Positions 11,481 to 23,872 of a stretch of 64,000 nucleotides of DNA are shown piece after piece. The DNA is from Neoechinorhynchus agilis (taxonomy: Eukaryota; Animalia; Acanthocephala). Position 1 is the stretch's first letter. Each line of letters begins with the position of its first letter. The notes beneath the pieces were generated by a model, which made no database searches, was not told the origin of the DNA, and was given only the letters and a program-made list of their open reading frames with translations. Both the position numbers and the translations under genes were made by a program. The stretch is taken from positions 12,477,480 to 12,541,479 of the forward strand of contig CM121342.1 in the NCBI GenBank assembly GCA_051530055.1, in the 5' to 3' direction.

Positions 11481-14400
11481 AAAAGATGCAAAAATCCAAT
11501 TTAAGTATTTTTTCTAATATATTTATAACTCCAAATATAATATCAATATGCGCATCACGAGTTGATTATGCTTAAGATTTGAAGGTCAACAACATGTTTT
11601 CGCAACCTGTTGTTGCGGAGGGAACAAGACGGACACTGCCTTCGCTAGATTATGTATTCTCTTGTCTGTCGATTCTTTATTTGGTGCATTTCTGTAGACA
11701 GCGGAGTTCCAATAAGATCAGTCAGCTCGATCACCACTGATCCTAAAAAGGGTCAATCGACATGGCACACAAGTAGCGAACAGCCCCTGGAGGACAAACG
11801 CAAAAGGTTATCCGAAAATATCTTCATTATGGTTAATTTTCGAATGAGCCGCATATTTCAGTAGTTTGATAGACTCAATCAAAGTTCGATTCGACAATCT
11901 ATAACCTTCAGCTTCGTATCGTGATTAATTATTAATTTACCACGACATAATAATTTCATTTCTAATAAAAAACAAAGGGTAATCTAATCTCTTGAGACGT
12001 TATAATATGCCTTTTTTCGATGGTTCTAAGATAAGAACATTTTGCGGTAATTGGTAAATTGATTGGATGATCCTAAATGAATTTCGATAACATGTAGTTA
12101 CTAATTCAACTTTATGAAACGCCGTAACCATCTGAGAGAACATGATCTAATCCTTTACGAACATTTCTACCATTATTTATTCTTTAAACTCTTTGATTGT
12201 AATTAGTCGTAGTCTTCCCATTTGACAGGATGCCGGGTCGGTGATGAAGAGCACCATGACTATGAAATCTATAGGGAAAGTTTTTCATTTCTCTCCATAT
12301 ATATGTCTCAATTTTACTAACATTTAAAAAGATAATAATCAATTAAGCTTTTTAACTAATTGTTGTTTAAAAGATTTTGTATTCATTTCGCAGATGCCAA
12401 GCAGCATTATTCAACAAATAACTTGTTTGTTCAAATCCATTCTTTGTTCAAATTTCATACCCGTGGCTTTCTAGGTCAGAATGCAATCGAAAAATGATCG
12501 GAAATTTCGATTGTTTCTTCACGAATTGAACATATTCGATTAGCGTTGCATTTTTATTGTTCATTCGCAAAATCCACATATAAAAAGGAAAAATAATCGC
12601 AAAATCACATAAGATTTATGAATTCATTGGCTTTAATCTATTTTCTTGATCCTTTACTGTAAACTCAAAAACAGCACCATTTTTTAACATGAACTTTCAT
12701 TTAAGCTTTGAACAGCGAATTTTTACCCATAGATTTAAAACTACAAATGATTTCTTAAAAATTCGCTTTTAATTGGTCCAATTTCGTCATTTATTATACA
12801 GTAATTAGAGATAATAGTTAGCTAAGGAAATGCTAAAGATAAGGAAACATCAATAAATACAAAAAAATAAATAAATGTTAGTGTCAAATGTTCATTCATC
12901 ATTTCTGGAATCGGATTGAAGTGCTGCTTTATTTGCTATGACAAAATCAAGCACAACATCGCCTAAAATCCGCTTAGTTTGTCCTAAATGCTGCCTGCGA
13001 TTTGAATTGATTCTGGCTGAGGTCGCGGGAGAACGAAGCTTGATCTCCGTATCTTTTAAACAGAGTTCTTCATTCGGTAAGTTATTCACTAAATTTTGCA
13101 TTGTTGAAAGATATTATTCAATTGCAGCAAATATCGACGAATAGGGATGAATTTGCTAAAGAAATGTGCTTTACCATAAAGTTGATATCGATTTGACTTT
13201 GATGAATATGTGAAACTTGATCAAATGGATTGAGTTTCAGTTAATTGAACTTAAAGCTTTTTAGTGTCTAGGGAGAAATATTTGCGTCGCTTTTAATGAT
13301 ATAGAGCCAAAATCATGATAATAATATTTAGTTGGTAAAAGTATTTTCTTATAGCTTTAAAAATCGATCTTGTCAAAATGCCGAAAACTTGAATGCTTAC
13401 ACATTGTTTCAATAGGACAGCAAAGAACAGTTTGACTTTAGGTTGACGGTTATTGCACGGATAGGATTTCCCGATTTCGTGAATATTCTTTCTATCAAGC
13501 TTCGAATACCTGACATCAATAGATTTTTAGAAATATATTTAAACGGCCGTAAATCTCTTATTTACTGCGACTTAAATATTGCGTTCTTCGAATAGTTAGT
13601 AAAACTTAGCTGCTTTATGTTGTTATCGCAAAATAATAACAATCTTCTACCCTTTTTTTTAATTTTTTTAAAGAAGTCAAAGTTTTTTTTGTTTTTTTTT
13701 AAAAATTAAACGACCAAGATTAATGTAAGAATAAAAATATTGCATGATTTCGTGTAAAAAACCCGCCCATGAAACGGTTGCTAAAACCTCGTTTCGTTAA
13801 TATTCTACCCATCAAGCATAAAATATTTGACATCAACAGATTTATTAGAAATATCTTTTAGCGGTCGTAATTTTTTTATCCATTTCGATTTGCAATACAA
13901 TTAGAATTTTTTCCCTTAAATTTGTCGAAAAGATTGATCGCAAAAATTATTGTTAGAATGAAAATATTGAATGCTACTGGAAGAGAGTTAACTTGACCTG
14001 TTTCCATTAAATATACCCAAACTGTAAGCTGAATAAAAACGTTGTTGAACAACATGTAAAAAGGAGCCTATTTGCTGTAAAGGCAAAAAATTTGAAAGTA
14101 TAGATATATTTAATCGGAGGATGCGATATGATGGCTAAACATTATGTGCGAAAATCGTTACTATTCGTTTAGACATTGACGAAGAAAGGCTCTGAAATTG
14201 CAAAAATTTATGTGATCAACGCTATAAAAGCTCATGTAAAAATTGCACTATTAACTTAAAGAGCAAGCACACTTTTTTAATAGTTACCGTCTTGTTATTC
14301 GTATATTTGAAGCCAATCGCATGTATTATCGAACAGATTGGGCATCACCGTTAATTAACTTTGGTAAGTTAACTATAACGGATTCACCCAACCGATCGTC

Positions 14401-14539
14401 GAGGTTTTTTTGGGTGCCGCAATTCCCTCACTTTATAATAAATCTTACAATTTTATTGATCACAAACGATATTATTTTGTTCACTGACAATGTTTAACAT
14501 ATTCTCTTGTTTTATTGAGGATTGCATTCGGGTGGTAGG

Positions 14540-14708
14540 ATATGTTGCTATTTAGGTTGCTTGTCGACGACATCCGAGGGAGATCGCGTTAAAGACAAAT
14601 ATATTTCGACAGATTGAACTGACAATGGCAGATTCAATCAGTCGAAATATACATTTGTCTTTAACAACCCCTCCCGGGTGTCAACATACGACCTAAGCAA
14701 TAACATAT
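14540..14708. repeat. Imperfect ~170-bp foldback hairpin (MITE-like)
   Basis: gttaaagacaaat.atatttcgacagattgaa pairs with ttcaatcagtcgaaatatacatttgtctttaac; outer atatgtt/aacatat ends; flanking TA possible. Confidence 0.65.
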
Positions 14709-14711
14709 TCT

Positions 14712-14796
14712 CTTCTTTCAGGTCCCCAACTTTCTTTCAGGTCCCTAACTTTCTTTCAGGTCCCTAACTTTCTTTCAGGTCCCTAACTTTCTTTCA
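14712..14796 (+). repeat. 19-bp minisatellite (ctttctttcaggtccctaa) x ~4.5
   Basis: tcagg recurs every 19 bp from 14718. Confidence 0.95.
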
Positions 14797-14799
14797 CGA

Positions 14800-17108
14800 T
14801 GATCGGACTTGATGTTACTGATTCTTGTCTTTCACGTAAAAGAAGCAGCTCCGGCGGCCAGACAGCTACTGATAGTAGCCTGTCAACGCGGATCAGTGTG
14901 CCGCTCCACTTAGTGATGTGGCAGCGAACAGGAGCAACAAAATCCATCAGTGCAACGGAAAAAGAGAGGGCGTCGTAGCTCTCGCCGACGACTTGAGCGT
15001 CGAAATGAGCGAAACTGTCGCCGGACGCAACGAAAGCGTCAGTCGAAGTTCATCACCGTGGTGGGTACGGACTGTTCAGGTGACGCTGACAGCCGTGAGC
15101 CCTTTGGCCCAGCTATTTCAGATAGAAGAGGACTACGAATCAGATCCCTGAATTGTAGGAGTCTGCGAGCGCAATGGCGTAGGGGAACCCTGACCAAATT
15201 GGCAAGGGACGCCAGAATGGATCTTGTGTTTTTACAAGAATTGCGCATGAGAGGCCAGTCAGACACAGACGTAAATCAGGAGGATTTAGGAGGAGGTTGG
15301 TCATTATCTTACCTATCTGCGGACAGTCTAGAAAATGGAGGTGTGGGCGTTTGTTTATCACCCCGCCTCCGAAACTCAGCACTATGCAGTATTATAACTG
15401 GCTTTTGGCGTATATTAACCGACCTCCTCGTCGTATGAAGAGGCGGTTGAAGGATTTTACGGAAATCTAGCCGAAGCATTAGATGATGTACCGAACAGAG
15501 ACACCCTACTAATAGCCGGTAACTTTAACGCGATTTTACCGCATTCCGAAAGATCGCTATATGTGTTGAAAGGCGAGAATCGGAATAGCCGGCACTTGGT
15601 TGAGGCGCTGGAGCGGCATGATCTCGTGTCTGCTAACACTTTATTCCGGAAGCGTCCGTGGCAGAGGTACTGAGGTTTGAATCTATTGCCAGAAAAATCA
15701 TACCGATAATGAATGGCATAATGAATGGTGGCTCAGTACCTCAAATCTGACAAACGGCGCATTTAACAATGACCCCCAAGAAATGCTGCTCGACAAAGGT
15801 GGAGGACTACAGAGGTATATCCTTGATGTCCAACACGGCAAAACTTTTCAGCAGCATTTTGAGACGCCGAATTCAGCCAATCCTCGAACCGTTTCTAAGA
15901 ATTGAACAGAACGGCTTCAGGAAAAATCGAGGCACCACAGAGCACATATTGGCTTTGAGGAGGATCCTCGAGGAGGCACGAATTCATCAAACGGATGTGA
16001 CGCTGGTATTTGTTGATTTCCGTCGAGCTTTCGATTCGGTAAATCGAACGATGATTGGCGGTATCTTAAAGGAGTATGGAGTGCCGCCGATCATTGTCAC
16101 GTCCGTTATTGCATTATATAAAAACACAAGGTCCGCCGTAAAGACAGCTGACGGTTTGACAGAATACTTTTCCACCACTTCAGGTGTTTTGCAGGGCGAC
16201 ACATTGGCTCCCTTCCTCTTCATCTTGGTGCTTGATTGGGTAATGAGATGGGCACTACCGAATGATGAAGATGGATTTCTTCTGTTGAGGAAAAGAGGTC
16301 GTAGGTATCCTGAGATACGCGCCTCCTACATGGCATATGCCGACGACATCGTATTGATGTCCTCAACAGTCGAAGGAGCTCAACGCATGCTAAATAAACT
16401 GTGCGAGAGGGCGAGTATGATTGGTCTGACCATCAACTCGAAAAAGACGGAATTCTTGACGATTGCGCATGTCGCGCATGCAGTCTCTGGCGAAGGGCCG
16501 AATAGCGTTGAGCATTTAAAACTGATAGAGCGGTATGTCTATCTGGGAGCTGTCGTTCCTGAGGTGAGTGCGGATGTCAGCCGACGGAGAGCTATAGCTT
16601 GGAGAGCAATGGGGCAATTTAAACCACTGTTTGACAGTGAGTCTTTGCCAGATGAACTCCGTTCGCAGCTGTTCAGGACTCTAATTGAGAGCATTCTCTA
16701 CTACAACGCAGAGACCTGGATACTGTCACCAACGGCGACGAGGCAGTTGGACCAAAATCATTCATCTCTCTTATGTGCGGCGTTCAAGGTCAGATAGTCA
16801 GATAAAGTGACCAACAAAGCACTGCATAAGAGTGCCGAAGTCCAACCGCCCAGTGAATATTCGCGCCGCAGACGACCGCAGTTCACGGGCAATATAATTC
16901 AGTCCGAGGCATCTTGCCCACAGGTCGTGCAACAGTTCCTTTTCTGTAAGCCAACGACATTGTATCGTAAAGGCAAAGGGAACTGTCGTACACACGATGA
17001 CCTGATTTTAAGAGACGCGAATTTCGCGCATAACAGGACTGCTGTGGTGTATTTTAGATCCCTTGCGGAGGAAAGTACCGTTACATACAATACAAAATAC
17101 AATACAAT
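14800..17108 (+). mobile_element. RTE-clade LINE, near full length, frameshifted and internally deleted
   Basis: APE motifs LNCRSL, DLVFLQE, GGVG, AGNFNA; RT 15769-16797 (DYRGISL, QNGFR, VDFRRAFDSV, GVLQGDTLAPFLF, YADD, YVYLG); (ATACA)n-like tail at ~17084-17108. Confidence 0.88.
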
Positions 17109-17544
17109 TGTCAAGAAAATTCCGTTTGAATTAACAATTGTTTATTTTATAGATTGATCAGAAAGCAGTGTTTTGAGTAATGTAAATTTCAGTTTTTGTT
17201 CTTACGCGGTTGTCGGTTCGCTGCCGAAATCCATTGATGCAGCTAAGTTTAAAAAGAATGATGGTGGCCTTTATCTTTTGCTAGGCGTAATACGTAAATT
17301 CTTGTTTTTTCGTAATTTCAAAATCGCCGTACGCTTTCTATTGCTCCGCTCGTTTTGCTTGCGTCGTTCTTTTCTTTGTCGGACGAATCGAGCGACTCTG
17401 AAGCGGATGGTAGAACCTTAGTAATGACGAAAAACGTCTTAGCGCCTCAATGTGAGTAATTTTTGTCAAAATTATCGAAAACGTCGTTTTCCAACTTTTA
17501 AAAGTTTACTTTTATTTCGGTTATAATTAGTGAATCTAGGACCA

Positions 17545-18406
17545 ACAACGTTAAGATGGTTAAACAAAAAAATCGCCCCCAGTATCAACTCCGACAAATA
17601 AATTTTCACATTGCGACAACAGGAAATGGTTTAAAGTCCCGATCACCAAAATGAAAGAAGAAACGGGCAGAATACAAATGACAAATCACAGCTTAAAGCG
17701 AATTGCAAATATACAGACAACTCCTTCGATGCGCCCTTAATCCTATCGACAATACAGAGCACGGGGAGGGAACGCGCTGGTTCAGACCGAAACGTGAAGA
17801 TTGTGTCAACTTAGCAATTAAAAGATCGAAGAAAAAGTGATAGGATATCAATACTTAAAGACGTCAATATAATTGTAGTTCAACGGGAACGGCATTGCTT
17901 CTAGTCTGAAAAGAAAGCAATAACCCCTTTTGGATACTGGAGGCCACAACTTTAAGATGGTTACACAAAAAAAATCGCCTCTAGCATTCACTCCAACAAA
18001 TAAACTTTCATATTGCTACAACGGGAAATTATTTAAAGTCCCGATCACCAAAGTGAAAGAAGAAACAGGCAGAATACAAATGACAAATCATAGCTTAAAG
18101 TCAATTGCAAATATACAGCCAACATTATGCGGGCTTCGGAAATTCATTGATAATTAAAGAAATTGATATTTCGCAAGGCGAAAAGATAGTACTTGATTCT
18201 GAACGTTCGTCATTGCACAATACAAAACCTGGAAGAGAGATGTAACGATAATAAAATGGGCACAGACCGAAATGTGAAGATTGTGTCAACTTAGCAATTA
18301 AAAGATCGAAGAAAAGGTGATAGGATCTCAATACCTAAAGACGTCAATATAATTGTAGTTCAACGGGAACTGCATTGCTGCTAGTCTGGAAAGAAAGCCA
18401 TAACCC
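17545..18406. repeat. Degenerate ~400-bp tandem duplication (two copies)
   Basis: aagatggtt...aaagtcccgatcacc...caaatgacaaatca...gtgaagattgtgtcaacttagcaattaaaagatcg occurs at 17553 and 17954; the second copy is ~80 bp longer. Confidence 0.85.
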
Positions 18407-18815
18407 AAGTCCTCGAAGCTGTAGCAAATAATAAGTTCAAAATAAAAAGTAAGATTAAGCATGCTTTGAGAGATCATATAATTAACGGAAACTTAGTCAT
18501 TTGTTGGACTAAGAATGGCTAAAATTAAAATATCTATAGGTAAAATCCACGGTCAAGCAGTGGTGCAGAGTAATCTGGCTCATTCGATATTAAAAACGAA
18601 AGCTTTCCGGTATTTTTATCTGAACTTAGCGTTCCACTTTTCGAAAAAAACACTTATCCTGCAAATGCTAAGGGAGCTATGGCGAATTTGTTTAAATAAG
18701 CTGTTAATTCACACCACCGCTCTTAATAACTCAGCTGCCGTCCTGTGAATTAATGGGTTATTTAAATGTGGCAAATGATGCGAATTCAATAACAATGAAA
18801 GGAAGACGAGGTTTA

Positions 18816-20498
18816 TCAATCAAAGAAACAAGCCTTACCATTTACTCGCTTGCATCCACAATTTTCATTGAGAATGAATTCACCGAATGTGGTATTTTTC
18901 GCTCTAGTTCCTGACGACTGACTGTTGGAATGATCCTTATTATCGAAATTATACTTATTAAGAGGAGCATAGATACGATTGCGTTCGGTTGCCTGAAAAG
19001 TGAACAGCGAAATTTGATGGATTTCAACCTGTCGCATCGAAGTCAATATCACGTTGATTGCGTCTAAAGTAACGACCAGTTCTTCTCGTTTTGGCAAGGG
19101 TGAAGGTACTGGACCGGATTTTGCAGAATTCCCCGATTTATAAAAGCGATTCTTGAACGCATGTCGCTCCACTGCAAAATATACGAAGGCCATATTAATC
19201 AGATCAATCTCAGCGGCCGTAGCCACCTTTAAGTGCCTGCCCTCGATACATTTCACGACTAATGATTCCGGGCACGTTCTGATTGGGATCACCAATGGAT
19301 CATTAACATTTGCGCGTACACACGGAACCGTCTTTGGTGGATTGGACAATTTTACAAATCCGATAGAAGACCTATTGGAGTGAATTGATGCCAATATTTC
19401 CTTATATCTCTTCAACACACTAGCCTTAGGGTCGTCAATGGATAAATACTTAGTGTACAGAATTTTAGGCGAACATATGAGAAGATGATGCAGGTTCACG
19501 AGATGACAGCCTTCGTAAAGCAGATCGGCTTCAACTTTCGACGTTCGGATTAATCGATTTAATTCATTAGCATCTTCCTTGCTGGCCCGCATGGACAATG
19601 ATTTGAATATGGACATTGCTGAAACATGGCATTTTAGACCAAAAATAGAACCGCTATCGATTGTTGGCAATCCGTCAAACATATTGTCAGTAATTACGCC
19701 ACATCGAAGCAAAATTTGAAGAGGAACGTATATTCTCATTGTTAATGGTAAAATACATAATTGCATATTATGAACCGAAACGACCTGATTTCCCTTTTGA
19801 ACGAATGGGATGAATACATTGTTTATCTGTACCCATCCTGTATGATTTTTGGATACACTTGAATCGGGCATTTGATTTATAGGAAGAAATGATGTAGCGT
19901 TTTCCATGGAAATTGGTTTTACTGGAACTTTAGCAGTGCGTGAGCTCGAAAAGATCGTGAAACTTTGTTTCGGAATCCAAGAGGATGGTTGTTTTACTGT
20001 CGACTCATGCCCGATTTGTCCATGTTTTGGCTCAACTCGCAATGGAATTCGAAACTTAATATCATTGGATGAAGGTTGAATGCGAACGTACGCAGGCTTG
20101 GTCGAATCACGCAAGGAAATTAGTTTTGATAAAAATGGTAAGAACTCGTCATATTCAAGGAGAACGTCGTCATTCAGAAATTGTTTTATTGTATGAGCAC
20201 CTCGTTCGTTTAAACGTTCAGCGAGGTGAAAATCACAAATGTGCTTTAAAAGTAAAATTTCCGCCGCTGTCGGTTTGTAAGATTGCAAAGGCTCAATAAT
20301 ACCCACACTTTGCGATTGGACAAACCGACTCCATGATATATCAGTGAACACAAGAACCTCCACGAGCAGCTTCGACAAATATCGACTTTCACCTTTTCGT
20401 AATAAGACCGGTAGGTTAGCTTCCGCCAATTTATCCCAATAGAACTGTCCTACTTTGCTGCGACGGTCATCGACACAATCTGCATCTTGATTGGTCAT
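18816..20498 (-). CDS. Intronless 560-aa protein of unknown function with three diverged internal repeats
   Basis: Long uninterrupted ORF in otherwise stop-rich DNA; recurring pattern (G-W/F-V-x-I/L)...P-x-V/L...Y-L/V-S/P...A-T/S-x-x-E/D-x-x-L-L/I-N...L-V-x-L; no TE motifs recognised. Confidence 0.8.
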   Translation of the reverse strand: MTNQDADCVDDRRSKVGQFYWDKLAEANLPVLLRKGESRYLSKLLVEVLVFTDISWSRFVQSQSVGIIEPLQSYKPTAAEILLLKHICDFHLAERLNERGAHTIKQFLNDDVLLEYDEFLPFLSKLISLRDSTKPAYVRIQPSSNDIKFRIPLRVEPKHGQIGHESTVKQPSSWIPKQSFTIFSSSRTAKVPVKPISMENATSFLPINQMPDSSVSKNHTGWVQINNVFIPFVQKGNQVVSVHNMQLCILPLTMRIYVPLQILLRCGVITDNMFDGLPTIDSGSIFGLKCHVSAMSIFKSLSMRASKEDANELNRLIRTSKVEADLLYEGCHLVNLHHLLICSPKILYTKYLSIDDPKASVLKRYKEILASIHSNRSSIGFVKLSNPPKTVPCVRANVNDPLVIPIRTCPESLVVKCIEGRHLKVATAAEIDLINMAFVYFAVERHAFKNRFYKSGNSAKSGPVPSPLPKREELVVTLDAINVILTSMRQVEIHQISLFTFQATERNRIYAPLNKYNFDNKDHSNSQSSGTRAKNTTFGEFILNENCGCKRVNGKACFFD

Positions 20499-21449
20499 CT
20501 CAAATATAAATCACTTTCAGAAAACCTATGTTTGAAGATTGAACTGTTCATATTGGTTGCTTTATGGCGAAGAAATTAAAATGATAAAGTTAATAAGTTT
20601 CAAACAACCTTGATAAAGGCGTACAAGATTGTGCCTTCGTAATATGGGATTTTAAAATACCATAAAACAACCAAGAAATACCTTTGGAGAATGGGTGGCA
20701 TTTTATATGTCACCAACTTCAAAACTCAAGTCACAAAATGACTACTCTAAGCCAATTTACGACTTTACTTCGCGGCGCCCATCTTACATTTCGCCGATCG
20801 ATATCGAACGAGATAAAAATTAGCGATGGGAGAAGCTCATTAGAGAAACGCGTAATTCGACACAATTGAAACGCTCAAAGAGCATCTACAACCCTTAAAG
20901 CAAACTAAACCCAAGAAACTGTCGTAATCATAAAATGGCACCAATTATGCATGTCACAAAAGTTTTCAATAAATCAATAGGAATATAATTCTTCTGTACT
21001 AAATCACACAAGGAAGAATCTCAACCTGCACCAAATCAATGTGTTCATGGATTATGTACTGTTCAATTAGAGTTTCAGCGATATTGCGCACCTACAAGCA
21101 ACAAGACTTCTGATTTTAAAACATGGTCGCATGTTGTATCACTATAATCCAAACGAATGCTACTGCGAGATTCGTTACATCAAACATTTCTTTTCATGGT
21201 TAAAAACGATCAAGGAAGAGAAGGAACGCGTTAAATTGGTGTCGTGTTTTGTGGGCCCTGAATACTGTGACGGATTTTCTCTTTATTGATCGTTTCTAGT
21301 GCACACCCAATCATATCTCTTATCAGTTGCATAATGCACGCTCTCTCTCGATTTCGCGCAATATTTCAATGCGTCGAGCGAGCCGAAAACACAAATTAGA
21401 AGATTCATGCCTATCGGAGCCACCCGAAAGAAGCAATTAGTCAAGTTAA

Positions 21450-22600
21450 TCCCCAAAATCTAGTGGTTTTAAGTAATCGCTTGTCCGTTCTCAGTTTGAG
21501 TGTGGTTTTGGATAGTAATGGGTTACACTTCAATAAGAACTTTAACCCAAGATTGCCTAGACCCAAAGAGGATTATATCATACGAATTAAAAAAGAAAAC
21601 CTGGGTTGTATTTCTATAGGCAAAGTTAAAAAAATTACTTCATAAGATATCTCTCCCCAAATAAACTAGAAAATGCCAGACTATCAAATCAAAAAAGTTT
21701 TGCGACAAAACCGACGTTGTTGACATCCTTTGTAAGCTACGAAGGGTTAATGATGTTTTCGAGAATGTTGAAGGAAAATTCCGTCGAATTCAATGATATT
21801 TCAAGGAAATCAACTTTATTGTTTTTCAACATGCCATACAATATGCAGCAGGAAGATTTTAAGAGGTTTGAAAGTATTTTTGGCCTAAAGCTAATTAAAT
21901 ATCTGCACCAAAATCCGGACAGGCCACCTTACGTACTCCTCGTGCGAGGAACACAGAATATAATAGACAAATTAAAAGGACCTTCCGAATGAATTATGGC
22001 TCATTTAATAAAGCTTTCATTCCCAAAAGATAGAACAATATATGACTTCATTCTAACACAATGTTCTCAGTGGGATCATATTTATACCCAATGCAAAAAT
22101 GAAATTAAGTGCGAAATATGTGCCGAATCTAGAAAGGACAAAAAATTATGCTGTAATTGCGGAGGGCAACATGAGGCATTCCGGCGTAACTGTCCTGCGG
22201 CAATGAAATATTTTAAAGGAAGTGAGAAAAAGGCAAATCAAGGGAGAAATGAATTGATCAATAGGAGTTTCCCTACCCATACATGCCCAAATCAGGGATA
22301 CGTAAATTCAAACTCGCAGGAAAATATAATTAAAGAGCTTGTTCAACGGGTGAAATTATACAAGAATCGGCTAGAACCCTTACTCTAAAAATTGAAGAAA
22401 AAGATAAAACAATTGAACAATTTAAAAAATCAGGTGATAATAAGATAGAGGATGATAGTAGGATGGATACCGAGGAAGATATAGAAATAAGGCATTGCCC
22501 TAGGGAAATATTTAGAAGTGATTTAAATTAGGAAGATATGGGTGAAGATGGCCACCCAGGAAATCAACATTTTTATAGTGAAGTTATGGGTGTCCCAAAT
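21450..22600 (+). mobile_element. ORF1 (gag-like) remnant of the same divergent LINE family as 359-2480, 35633-40720 and 54686-56650
   Basis: EDFKRFESIFGLKLIKYLHQN...YVLLVRGTQ is homologous to EDSKNFEKVFGLIPIRYLRKN...YALLVTGTQ; knuckle CCNCGGQHEAFRRNCP. Confidence 0.75.
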
Positions 22601-22609
22601 AATGAATTA

Positions 22610-23565
22610 TGATAGAAAACAAACATGGCTTCGTAATTACTTCTAACACATCGAAAGCCGTGGTTGAAGCACAGAACACTGCCCAATCGTTCAAAAAGTT
22701 AGAGGAGATCATGACGGTATTCGGCCAAAAGGTTGCAATTTTACGATGCGAACGGTGGGTATGGCTGTTGTATTAGCAATTAAACAAAGTCATCCGGATG
22801 TTGACCTTGAGTTTTTCGGTTATATAAAACAAGGATAATTTGAACGCTCTTTGTTTTGCTCACCTCGGTCGTACACAACGGATCAACCAACCCGAAATGA
22901 CCCAGCCTTCTAGGAGATTTAACCAGCATGTTTATCCCATTGTAATGAAACATATGAGGAAGGCTGTAGAAAGTCAGCCTGAATACCAACAAAGATTAGA
23001 CGAGCTCGTACGACAAATATATATCGGTCAAAATATGTGCGTCACTGATCTTAAGACGTTTTTGCTTACTCTATTGAATCGGGCGTATTTTGGACAAGCT
23101 CGTAAAAAACAAAACGCTCAGCCTTACGCCGATAATATGCAACACCAAAGCGGACAACATAACTATTATGAGCCGCTCCCAGATTTAGGCCCCTTATGAA
23201 TCGCCCACCGGCCCGCAATATCAACAGCAACAATATTCGCCACCTTCGTATTATTCTCCATCTTATCAACAAACTAATCAACAGCAATGCGATCAACAGT
23301 CTCAAACGCGATATTTCCAGTATCCGTATTCAAAATAGGGAGTCACTCCGCCGCCCCCTCCCACGAGGCCACCTATCAGATACCAACTTAGCGGACAACC
23401 TCCAATTGTTATTAGGTCATATTCCAACCCAACATACAACAGACCGCCATCAATTGAATATGATGATCTTGATATTGTCCCAAATACAAGAAATAAATTT
23501 ATTTTTGCGTGGGCCAACAATAATACAGGCGGATTAATTAGTCCGTGCGTTCATTAAAACCCACT
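22610..23565 (+). pseudogene. Disrupted ORF with a helical (possibly gag-like) N-terminal part and a Q/P/Y-rich C-terminal tail
   Basis: ORF 22840-23199 continues after a frameshift near 23192 as PYESPTGPQYQQQQYSPPSYYSPSYQQ...K*GVTPPPPPTRPP; the gag resemblance is weak. Confidence 0.35.
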
Positions 23566-23732
23566 TCAAAAGCTCACAAGTTTCTGTGATTGGTGTTATT
23601 CTGAAGACGACCGTTTTTCCTTTGACGGCCATAAGAACAGTGGATTATTTCACGTTCCGGTGGTCACCCCTCATTGATACGAGAGCGAAACTCGTGGTTG
23701 CGGCATTTTTACCTTTTTTTACAGGATTTTTA

Positions 23733-23872
23733 TTTATTAAAATTTACAAGTTTTGGAAGGTAATGTTCTGTGTAGCCGCGGTTTTCCTCACGCTGGCAGC
23801 ATTCCCTCGTTGGACTGTTTGGGAGATGTTTTGTTTAAGGGATGCTGTCGCACGCGGGTCCCTTTTCATCGC
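23733..23872 (-). mobile_element. 140-bp 5'-truncated copy of the 3' end of the CRE-like element at 24598-25770
   Basis: Identical by eye to 24598-24737; encodes KQNISQTVQRGNAASVRKT...QNL* followed by aataaa. Confidence 0.9.

Noticed and set aside
12180-13200. Possible short exons and a ~51-nt intron (13077-13127); similar hints at 61800-62700
   Set aside because: No consistent open frame or recognisable domain could be assembled.
14845-14930. HDV-like ribozyme in the RTE 5' UTR
   Set aside because: A hairpin is present, but I could not assign P1.1/P3/L3; an Infernal search would be needed.
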